Origin: Fidelibacterota bacterium
GTDB taxonomy: Bacteria > Fidelibacterota > Marinisomatia > Marinisomatales > TCS55
Assembly (NCBI GenBank): GCA_002730315.1
Contig: PBZW01000065.1
Span: forward strand, 30 to 64,029
DNA length: 64,000 nucleotides
Direction of reading: 5' to 3'
Shown: one piece after another, positions 49,486-57,483 of the stretch
Layout of the letters: every line of letters starts with the position of its first letter
Numbering within the stretch: the first letter of the stretch is position 1
Program-made: the position numbers and the translations under genes
The notes under the pieces: model-generated
What the model was told of the DNA's origin: nothing
Databases searched by the model: none
The model's input: only the letters and a program-made list of their open reading frames with translations

Positions 49486-49716
49486 ATGAGCAAAAATAAC
49501 GAAGAAAAACACTTGCATCTCATTGAAGGATGGGCTTTTACCAGTAAAAATTATATCATTTTTGCTGTAGGTGTTTTACTGATCGCTCTGGGGTATATAG
49601 TGATGGCAACCGGAGAAACATATTCAACCCAAAGCCTGACCATCGCCCCGATAATGCTTTTTCTCGGATATGTAGTGGTTATTCCTGTTGCTCTGATATA
49701 CCGGGACAAAAAATAG
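49486..49716 (+). CDS. Small two-TM protein, DUF3098-like
   Basis: F..KNYIIF..G...I.LGY..M and LTIAPI...GY pattern. Confidence 0.7.
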   Translation: MSKNNEEKHLHLIEGWAFTSKNYIIFAVGVLLIALGYIVMATGETYSTQSLTIAPIMLFLGYVVVIPVALIYRDKK

Positions 49717-49728
49717 TTTTTAATAACT

Positions 49729-49802
49729 GGGATCGTAGTTCAGTTGGTTAGAACGCTGGCCTGTCAAGCCAGAGGTCGCGAGTTCGAATCTCGTCGGTCC
49801 CG
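49729..49802 (+). tRNA. tRNA-Asp (GTC)
   Basis: Acceptor GGGATCG/CGGTCCC, D-arm GTTC-AGTTGGTTA-GAAC, anticodon arm CTGGC-CTGTCAA-GCCAG, T-arm GCGAG-TTCGAAT-CTCGT; CCA not encoded. Confidence 0.97.
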
Positions 49803-49812
49803 CTCTTAATTG

Positions 49813-49847
49813 AAGCCCTGTTTATCCTCGATAAACGGGGTTTTTTT
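49813..49847 (+). terminator. Rho-independent terminator after the tRNA
   Basis: GCCCTGTTTATC-CTC-GATAAACGGGG followed by T7. Confidence 0.85.
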
Positions 49848-50036
49848 GTTTCCCTGATATTTGTTCTTAAATAGAATAAAAATTCATTATATTATGAGTA
49901 AGACAACTTGAAGTTATTTTTACATATCAAACGTTAAATATTGCTAGCGACAATTGATTATGATATAAGTATGAATAATTAGAGTAAATCCTGATTATCT
50001 CTTAACAATAACAAAAAAAATAAGGAGAACCTTACC

Positions 50037-50603
50037 ATGAAAAAAATAGTATTAATAACGGTACTCTCTTTTTACGGTTTACAAGCCCAAATGGGGGTGA
50101 ATGTTGTTGTCGGTGCGGCTTATGTAAACTTTGTCAGTGAAGACGAACAAGAATTATATGATCCAGTTATTGCTGTACCCGAGATTGCTGTTGAAAAAAA
50201 ATTAGGCCCTGTAGTTGCTGGAGTAGGTTACTATAGTGGTGGGTATACCTGGTCCGGAAGTGATATTACAACAAGTGTAAAGCTCGACTATCTCAGCCTA
50301 TATGGTATTGTTCCACTATTTTTGGGCCCGGTTGGTATTGGAGCGGGTCTTGGTATCGGGATACCAATGGGTGGTATTTTGGAATCTGAATATGCAGGTG
50401 AAAAAGAATCGGTAGATTTTGAAAGTGACGACCTGGAAATCGACCAAAGTTTAATTCTTGGTGCAGGCATTCAATTTACAGAGCAAATTGGGGTAAGAAC
50501 TTACTTGAGGATGGGTTTAGTTGATATTTTTACAATTCCGTGGTTTTCCGCATCTGATGTGACCAACGCCGGATTGGGTGTTGCACTTTCCTATAGCTTC
50601 TAG
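50037..50603 (+). CDS. Small outer-membrane beta-barrel protein, paralog 1
   Basis: Signal peptide, about 8 amphipathic strands, C-terminal LSYSF BAM signal. Confidence 0.75.
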   Translation: MKKIVLITVLSFYGLQAQMGVNVVVGAAYVNFVSEDEQELYDPVIAVPEIAVEKKLGPVVAGVGYYSGGYTWSGSDITTSVKLDYLSLYGIVPLFLGPVGIGAGLGIGIPMGGILESEYAGEKESVDFESDDLEIDQSLILGAGIQFTEQIGVRTYLRMGLVDIFTIPWFSASDVTNAGLGVALSYSF

Positions 50604-50627
50604 TTTTTCAACCAAATTCCAAATTAT

Positions 50628-50656
50628 AAAAGCCTTCGTTTAACGACGAGGGCTTT
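50628..50656 (+). terminator. Terminator after paralog 1
   Basis: AAAGCCTTCGT-TTAACG-ACGAGGGCTTT. Confidence 0.7.
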
Positions 50657-50843
50657 GTTGTTTATGGGATGTGTCAGATAATATCATATAAAACCAAATA
50701 AAGTCTAAAAGAGGACACAAAAATGGAGGACACACTCCCTTACCCCATACACCAAGGACGCAATAGCGGGGTTTTTTGTTAATTATTGAAACACCTTAAG
50801 ATTGTTCAATTGAACACAATCTTAATTACCGAAACCTCTCACC

Positions 50844-50875
50844 AAAAAAAATACCCCACCGAAGTGGGGTATTTT
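50844..50875 (-). terminator. Terminator after the small lipoprotein gene
   Basis: AAAATACCCCAC-CGAA-GTGGGGTATTTT with an A-tract on the left (U-tract on minus). Confidence 0.8.
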
Positions 50876-50914
50876 ATACTAATTATGGTTTTGATGAATT
50901 ATTGTATGGTGTTT

Positions 50915-51175
50915 TTAATTACAATAATACTCCCAAGTATCTACATCATCCTGAGAAAACTGATCGCAACCAGCATTAAGACCTGCTTGAAAAGCAGCTA
51001 TCACGTCTACACACGCTGCAGCAGTAGCAATTGAATCTGTTGCAGCAGTCCAAGCCTCTTGAGCTTCATTCGCTGTTTCGGTCAAATCATTGCACTTATC
51101 AACTTCATCATCTTCACAGCCTATCGTAAAAATCAAAGTCACAGGCAATATTAACATTATTAAGTATTTCTTCAT
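50915..51175 (-). CDS. Small acidic cysteine-containing lipoprotein
   Basis: AGGAG RBS, lipobox TIG-C followed by EDDE, and four further Cys. Confidence 0.8.
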   Translation of the reverse strand: MKKYLIMLILPVTLIFTIGCEDDEVDKCNDLTETANEAQEAWTAATDSIATAAACVDVIAAFQAGLNAGCDQFSQDDVDTWEYYCN

Positions 51176-51362
51176 CGTTTATTTTCTCCTTCAGTATTAA
51201 CCATTAACGGATAAATCTAATATTAAACATCCAACCTTGCAAACAAAAATCATCCACGAATCCCCCAAAGGCGGTCAAGTGGTGGGGTTTGATGATATTT
51301 ACATTATTTAATATTATTTTATTGTTAATTTTAACCAACAAAAAAAAAGGAAAAACCATACC

Positions 51363-51932
51363 ATGAAAAAAATAATATTAATAACTGTACTCTCTTTTTA
51401 CGGTTTACAAGCCCAAATGGGATTGACTGCAGTTGTTGGTGCGGCTTCTGTAAACGTAGTCAGTGAAGACGAAGACATGCAAGATTATTTAGGTGCAGTT
51501 ATTGCTGTACCCGAGATTGCTGTTGAAAAACAATTTGGCCCTGTAGTTGCTGGAGTAGGTTACTATAGTGGTGGTTATGAAATAGCAATGGATTTTTTTG
51601 GTTACACGATGACATCCACTACAAAGTTCAACTATCTCAGCCTATATGGTATTTATCCACATTATTTTGGCAAGGTTGGCCTTGGAGCGGGTCTTGGTCT
51701 CGGGATACCAATGGGTGGTACTGTAGAAATTGAAATGGATGGTGAAACAGAATCGGAAGATATTGAAAGTGACGACATAGATACCGACGTAAGTTTAATT
51801 CTTGGTGCAGGCTATCGAGTTACAGAGCAAATTGGGGTAAGAACTTACTTGAGGATGGGTTTAGTTGATTTTGAGGAAGATGCAGGTATGAAAAATACCG
51901 GATTGGGTGTTGCACTTTCCTATAGCTTCTAG
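51363..51932 (+). CDS. Small outer-membrane beta-barrel protein, paralog 2
   Basis: Collinear with 50037-50603; same C-terminus GLGVALSYSF. Confidence 0.75.
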   Translation: MKKIILITVLSFYGLQAQMGLTAVVGAASVNVVSEDEDMQDYLGAVIAVPEIAVEKQFGPVVAGVGYYSGGYEIAMDFFGYTMTSTTKFNYLSLYGIYPHYFGKVGLGAGLGLGIPMGGTVEIEMDGETESEDIESDDIDTDVSLILGAGYRVTEQIGVRTYLRMGLVDFEEDAGMKNTGLGVALSYSF

Positions 51933-51954
51933 TTTTTCTACCAAATTCCAAATT

Positions 51955-51983
51955 AAAAAGCCTCGTTTTCGAGGCTTTTTTTT
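51955..51983. terminator. Bidirectional terminator
   Basis: AAAAAGCCTCG-TTTT-CGAGGCTTTTTTTT between convergent genes. Confidence 0.85.
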
Positions 51984-51995
51984 ATATTTGATTTA

Positions 51996-54116
51996 TTATT
52001 TTAGCAATACCAATTTCTTCGTTTGCACAAATTTACCGGCTTTAATCTCGCATAGATAGATTCCAGCGCTAACAGGATTACCAAGATCATTAGTGGCATT
52101 CCAAATGACTGATTGAAACCCAGCCTTTTGTTCCTGGTTAATTATTGAAGCAACCTGTCTTCCCAGTAAATCGTAAATGGTGATATTTACATTTGCCTGC
52201 TCCGGCAAATCATAGCGGAGAGTAGTTGTTGGATTGAAGGGATTTGGGAAATTTTGATGTAATGCAAATTTATCTGGCAAACCAGCAACATCAATTATTG
52301 AACTTTCATCTCCCATGATCATACTGATATCAACAGTCATGCTTGTTTGATTGTAGTAAAAAGAGGGATCATCAGAAATGATAATTTCACCTTCGATTTC
52401 ATAATCTAGATCTGCTTGAGGCATCATGGTCAGGGACATACTCATCGTATCACCTGGTACGACCATAAACGACAGCCTTTCCCAGCTGAGCCAGTTATCC
52501 TCATCTCCCTGGGTAACCCAGATATTGTCCACTCCGATCCCGGAGGACCAGTTTCCACCGCAATCATCATAAAGAATACCCACATTGAATATGCCCTCAC
52601 TGATGTAGGGAGTGAGGTTATACATTAGTGTATGCCAACTTGCTTCTGTTGGATCATAGGCATAATACCCGTCCCAGGTTACACCTGTTCTAAATGAATT
52701 TTCGACTTCAGTCCATGTGGCACCATTATCCGTTGACACGACAATGGATGCGTCTTCAGAATATGTCCCGCCACTTGAACAGCCCCCGTAGGGCTGAGGG
52801 AAATACATATCCACATAGAAAAAGACCGGCCCAGCACCGGTATAAGGGATCGCCTGAGATTGGAGAATTGAATTGGTGGGATCGTAAGTGGTGTACCAAG
52901 ACTCACCATCATTGTGAAAGTAGAATGCACCATCTGTATCTTCAGGATAAGTCAAATAGAGTCCGTTCGCAGAGTCTACTGTGCCTATGGTCCAAAAACC
53001 AGCAGATGGAAAAAAGTTGTTTGAGGCTCCAGAATTAAAATCATCATATAACAGTACATCATAATAATAATAAGCATCATAAGTAGGTTCAGACCAGAAC
53101 TTTCCATAATAATTGACCGTGTCACTATTAATCAATGAAAATTCATGCACGGAATATTCACCAGCACTGTAGTCTAACGTGTCTGTAAAAGTGTCTTGAG
53201 ATAGACTTAAGGCGACAACCGGAGTAAAACAGGCTTCCGCAGAGGTAGTAGATTCACCTTCACTATATTCAGCAATAATGGTATAACAATACTCTACACC
53301 ATTAGTTAAACCTGAGTCAGTATAATTGGTACTTGTAGTTGTGGCTATGGGTGAACCATCTCTCAACACCTCGTAATCCAAGAATGTGCCACAATTATTT
53401 ACATAAGCACCATTTCCGCCAAACACACGAATATTATCCACATACCAGATTTCGTTGAAGCCAATGCTATCATAAAAACGGAAACCAAGATAAATAGATT
53501 GTCCTGCATAAGCAGTCAGATCAACCAAATTGGAATTGGAGCCATCGCCCAAGGCACTTGGACTTGATACATGTACTGCAGTCCAATCAGTTCCATTTGT
53601 GGAAACCTCTACCCAATTAGAATCATGGGAAAAGCTGGTGTATGAGTAATACTCATCAAAGTATAGTGTTGCAGTTGAATAAGATGAAAGATCAATCAGA
53701 TCCGTGCTCAATCGACTGTTCACTGGCGCAAGGGTATCCGACCAGGATGCAATAGCAGATAGGCCTTGTGAATCTCCATCTGTACAAGGGAACATTCCCA
53801 TACCGCAATCGATTGTGTCGCCAGTGCTCGCCTGGAACCAGCCTCCAGATGTATCCTGTCCCATATGTTCAATGGTAAATCCTTCTGAGGCGGTGGCACA
53901 AACTGGAAAACAGGCTGTAAAAACTTCATCACCATAGCCGCTCAAAGTGTCCGACGGCTGCCAAGACAATTCAACGGCTCCATCCATTGGAGTTCCATTC
54001 AGAAATGCCGGCGGGCATAAATCCTGGCCATTAGCCACTCCATTAATTGAAAAAAAGATTATAAATAATGATAAGAAAAAGAATTTGCGGTATAGATGGT
54101 GTCTGTTGTAATTCAT
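51996..54116 (-). CDS. Secreted surface protein with cleaved-adhesin/MAM-like beta-sandwiches, FN3 and a T9SS type A/FlgD-like sorting domain
   Basis: Signal peptide; VDLTAYAGQSIYLGFRF...WYVDNI; YTDSGLTNGVEYCY; LHQNFPNPFNP...KKLVLLK. Confidence 0.8.
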   Translation of the reverse strand: MNYNRHHLYRKFFFLSLFIIFFSINGVANGQDLCPPAFLNGTPMDGAVELSWQPSDTLSGYGDEVFTACFPVCATASEGFTIEHMGQDTSGGWFQASTGDTIDCGMGMFPCTDGDSQGLSAIASWSDTLAPVNSRLSTDLIDLSSYSTATLYFDEYYSYTSFSHDSNWVEVSTNGTDWTAVHVSSPSALGDGSNSNLVDLTAYAGQSIYLGFRFYDSIGFNEIWYVDNIRVFGGNGAYVNNCGTFLDYEVLRDGSPIATTTSTNYTDSGLTNGVEYCYTIIAEYSEGESTTSAEACFTPVVALSLSQDTFTDTLDYSAGEYSVHEFSLINSDTVNYYGKFWSEPTYDAYYYYDVLLYDDFNSGASNNFFPSAGFWTIGTVDSANGLYLTYPEDTDGAFYFHNDGESWYTTYDPTNSILQSQAIPYTGAGPVFFYVDMYFPQPYGGCSSGGTYSEDASIVVSTDNGATWTEVENSFRTGVTWDGYYAYDPTEASWHTLMYNLTPYISEGIFNVGILYDDCGGNWSSGIGVDNIWVTQGDEDNWLSWERLSFMVVPGDTMSMSLTMMPQADLDYEIEGEIIISDDPSFYYNQTSMTVDISMIMGDESSIIDVAGLPDKFALHQNFPNPFNPTTTLRYDLPEQANVNITIYDLLGRQVASIINQEQKAGFQSVIWNATNDLGNPVSAGIYLCEIKAGKFVQTKKLVLLK

Positions 54117-54227
54117 ATTTTTACTGCTCCTATCCTTAACGTTAACTATAGTATAAAGCTCTATATATGAAATATTTTAGTATTATTTTCTTTTAGTTCA
54201 AAGTTATTTAATATTCAGCGATATTTT

Positions 54228-57200
54228 ATGAAAAAAATACGTACATACATAATATTTGCCATCCTTGCTTTTCTTTTACTATCCACAAATGCTTTTGCGG
54301 GTGCCACAGGTAAAATAACGGGTAGAGTCTTGGACGAACAAGGCCAGGGTCTTATAGGTGTAAATATATATTTGGAAGGGACCGCCATAGGTACTGCCTC
54401 TGATCAAAATGGTCGTTATTTGATTATTAATATTCCTGCCGCTACCTATAACGTTTTGGTCTCTTATGTCGGTTATCAAACCATAAAAATGACCGATGTA
54501 ATCATCAATGCAGACCATACCACTACCCTTGATTTTAAGATGACTATATCTGCATTGGAAGCCGATGAAGTGGTCGTCGTGGCAAAAAGACCGGTTATCG
54601 TCAAGGACCAGACAGCCACCACCAACACCATGGAAAGCGCCACCATAAACAATATGCCGGTGAATAACATTTCTGAAGTTCTTTCTACCATGGCCGGTGT
54701 GGTGCAAAACCATGGTGGTAACTATATTGTCGGCGGTGGTTATCATTTTCGGGGCGGACGATCAAGCGAAATCACCTACCTGGTGGATGGATTTGTAGTA
54801 GAAAATGCCTTATATGGGGATATGGGAATGGGCATCTCCCGCAATGCCATATCGGAAATTTCAATGATCACAGGCGCTTTCAACGCTGAATACGGTGAGG
54901 CCACCAGCGGTGTGATCAACATTGTGACCAAGGAAGGCAAATCAGATTATTCATGGCAACTCCGAGGAGTATCTGATCAACTGTTCAATCCGGATATTCA
55001 TGCCCAGGACCTGTACCGCATAGAAGGAACATTTAGCGGACCGTTACTGCCATTTAACCCCAATCTGGCCACTATTTTCCTGAATGCCGATGCCATGAAA
55101 ACACGCACATCAATGTGGAAAAATAAACTGCCTTTTGATGTACTAAAATTTGACGCGGATGGTGATGGTGTTTACGACCAGGCTGATGGCGACACCATTG
55201 CTATAGCGGATATTACAGCAGACGGCAAACACAACCCCGTAGAATTGAAAAAGGGAACCATTGAGATCAATGATCCTTTTACGTTTGAAAACCGCTTTAA
55301 TGGCAAGCTGGTTCTGCGCCCTCTGCCAAAATTAAAGATTGTTGCTGCAATGAATAACTATACAGCCAGGCACAAGGGCTTTTCTATGGATTGGCGGCCG
55401 ATCCCGGAAATGAATTCCACCGGGCAAGAGCTGACATGGGATTTCCAGTTAAAAAGTTCGTATACCATTTCTGAAAACATGTTCTTTGATCTTAAATACC
55501 AGCGCTATTCCAGAAATCAATGGAACGGATACGAACCGTTTCTTAATGATAAACATGAACTATATACCGAGATTTTTACAATCCCTGAGGATTGGGCTGG
55601 ATATATTCCTCCTTCTCTATCAGCAGGTGGCGATTTTCTTTGGCTCAGTTATTATGCAGAACCTTTCAAAGATCTCAATGGTGACGGCGTCTGGAACCAG
55701 TTTTCAGCAGAATTCTGGCGCGATGATAACAACAACGGTATGTGGGATGCTGGTGAATATTTCAGTGATTGGAATGAGGATGGAATATGGAATATGATAG
55801 ACCTGGATAATGATGGCTTCCCCGATGAGGAACCATACGGAGACATGGACGGGGATAATCAGTATTCTCTGGGAGTTGATCCTCCCGTCAGCAGTTCTGG
55901 TTCATATGGCGGCACGTCCGGTTGGGAATTCTGGGGTGATTATGAAATCTTGAATAACTACGGCGATACAGTTAGGATTGCTAGATCCACGAGTCAGAAT
56001 TACTGGTGGTACCATTCTGATTATACAACCCTGGGGGGATCCCTTACCTGGCAATATAATGACATCCACCAGGTCAAAACAGGATTTGAATTCAGGCAAT
56101 ATGACCTGGGAGAATTTTGGGGCTCAGGAATTGGCGGGGGATTTTTTGGTAATTCTTCTGATGCGAGTTTTCTTATGTGGAGCCACAAACCCAGATCCCA
56201 AAACTGGTATATTCAGGATAAGATTGAATTCAGTGATATTGTTATCAATGTGGGCTTCAGGCATGACCGCCTTGATCCCAACAGCACTTATCCCGATCCT
56301 TCCCGCGAACTGGGTTATGAATACACTGATGATAACGGTGTGGAGCATATCGTCGAACCAAGCACATTAATCTTGTTATCCGAAAATGAACACGAAACCT
56401 TGGTTTGGGGATATTTGAACAGGGATAATGAAGGGGAAATATCCAGTTTTGAAACAGCGCCCAAAGCACCTGTTAAGGACCGGTGGAGCCCCCGGCTGGG
56501 AATCGGATACCCTATTACTGATCGTACCGCTTTTCATTTTTCGTATGGTCAATTTTATCAATTTCCCGACCTTATAAATATGTATAATTATTCCAACCAC
56601 CAAGGCTATGGCGGTGTACCTCCTGGTTGGTCCAATGCTGCTAATACCATGGCGCAGGATTTTCTATATGGTAATCCATACTACCCATTCCCTTATAATA
56701 TTACAGAATGGTACATACCAGAAGTAGGAACACCAAATGTTAATCCACAGCGTTCAGTTCAATACGAGACTGGTCTTCGTACTCGAATTGGCAATCAATT
56801 TCTGTTAACCATCAATCTGTATTATAAAGATATGTTCGATTATATTGCCTCCCGCAGGTATGATGCCGACCCCAGCCAATACGCTATTTTTGAAAATATG
56901 GATTACGCAAATTCACGGGGATTGGAAATTTCATTTCAAAAATTATATTCTGCGGGACTTGATTGGGAGATCAACTACAACCTTTCACGGGCGGAAGGTA
57001 ACGCACCAACCGAAAGTTTTCACTGGTATGTCGCTGAATGGGCAAACGGATACGATTGGCGGGACTTCAACCGCACGTACACCATGCCCTGGGATCAAAC
57101 ACATACTATAAATTTCCGATTGAACTACCACAATCCGGCCGGCTTCGGTTTAAGCGCCCTAGGCTACTACGGCAGCGGACTGCCGTACACACCTGAAGAT

Positions 57201-57482
57201 GCCCGCGCTCGTCCCGTGGATGAGCAGTATTCAGGTCGAATGCCCTCTACCGCTAACCTGGATCTAAAACTTTTTTATGATTTGAAAATGAAGGGGTATA
57301 ATGTCAGGATCTTTGCTGATGTCACTAATGCTTTCAATAAAGGAAATGTGCTCTCGGTCGACAATTCTACTGGTGAACCTTTTGCTACACTCGACTCCGG
57401 ACAATCACCTATGTTCGTATGGAAACCATATAATATTAGTCCTCCCCGGCACATTGAAATTGGGATTAGCATAGGTCATTAA
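54228..57482 (+). CDS. Large TonB-dependent receptor with CarboxypepD-like N-terminus and DxDxDG insertions
   Basis: GKITGRVLD, FRGGRSSEITYLVDG, TGAFNAEYGEATSGVINIVTKEG, YIQDKIEF, SPRLG and PRHIEIG motifs. Confidence 0.9.
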   Translation: MKKIRTYIIFAILAFLLLSTNAFAGATGKITGRVLDEQGQGLIGVNIYLEGTAIGTASDQNGRYLIINIPAATYNVLVSYVGYQTIKMTDVIINADHTTTLDFKMTISALEADEVVVVAKRPVIVKDQTATTNTMESATINNMPVNNISEVLSTMAGVVQNHGGNYIVGGGYHFRGGRSSEITYLVDGFVVENALYGDMGMGISRNAISEISMITGAFNAEYGEATSGVINIVTKEGKSDYSWQLRGVSDQLFNPDIHAQDLYRIEGTFSGPLLPFNPNLATIFLNADAMKTRTSMWKNKLPFDVLKFDADGDGVYDQADGDTIAIADITADGKHNPVELKKGTIEINDPFTFENRFNGKLVLRPLPKLKIVAAMNNYTARHKGFSMDWRPIPEMNSTGQELTWDFQLKSSYTISENMFFDLKYQRYSRNQWNGYEPFLNDKHELYTEIFTIPEDWAGYIPPSLSAGGDFLWLSYYAEPFKDLNGDGVWNQFSAEFWRDDNNNGMWDAGEYFSDWNEDGIWNMIDLDNDGFPDEEPYGDMDGDNQYSLGVDPPVSSSGSYGGTSGWEFWGDYEILNNYGDTVRIARSTSQNYWWYHSDYTTLGGSLTWQYNDIHQVKTGFEFRQYDLGEFWGSGIGGGFFGNSSDASFLMWSHKPRSQNWYIQDKIEFSDIVINVGFRHDRLDPNSTYPDPSRELGYEYTDDNGVEHIVEPSTLILLSENEHETLVWGYLNRDNEGEISSFETAPKAPVKDRWSPRLGIGYPITDRTAFHFSYGQFYQFPDLINMYNYSNHQGYGGVPPGWSNAANTMAQDFLYGNPYYPFPYNITEWYIPEVGTPNVNPQRSVQYETGLRTRIGNQFLLTINLYYKDMFDYIASRRYDADPSQYAIFENMDYANSRGLEISFQKLYSAGLDWEINYNLSRAEGNAPTESFHWYVAEWANGYDWRDFNRTYTMPWDQTHTINFRLNYHNPAGFGLSALGYYGSGLPYTPEDARARPVDEQYSGRMPSTANLDLKLFYDLKMKGYNVRIFADVTNAFNKGNVLSVDNSTGEPFATLDSGQSPMFVWKPYNISPPRHIEIGISIGH

Positions 57483-57483
57483 A

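Larger units (their letters stand above)
50037..51954 (+). repeat. Imperfect gene-length direct repeat (about 50037-50625 and 51363-51954)
   Basis: Identical blocks include 50 bp (50476-50525 = 51820-51869) and 41 bp (50569-50609 = 51898-51938). Confidence 0.9.

Noticed and set aside
50668-50697. XerCD dif-like site
   Set aside because: The left arm is vaguely similar, but the conserved TTATGTTAAAT arm is absent.
51247-51300. Imperfect GC-rich hairpin between the lipoprotein gene and paralog 2
   Set aside because: Pairing is weak, there is a single copy, and no function can be supported.
50037-51932. Diversity-generating retroelement (TR/VR pair) as the explanation for the paralog similarity
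   Set aside because: Mismatches are not restricted to adenines (G/T and C/T changes, plus indels), both copies are full genes, and no reverse transcriptase is in the window.
49850-52000. Integron cassette array
   Set aside because: The hairpins after genes look like ordinary terminators, with no convincing RYYYAAC...GTTRRRY attC boundaries, mixed gene orientation and no intI.
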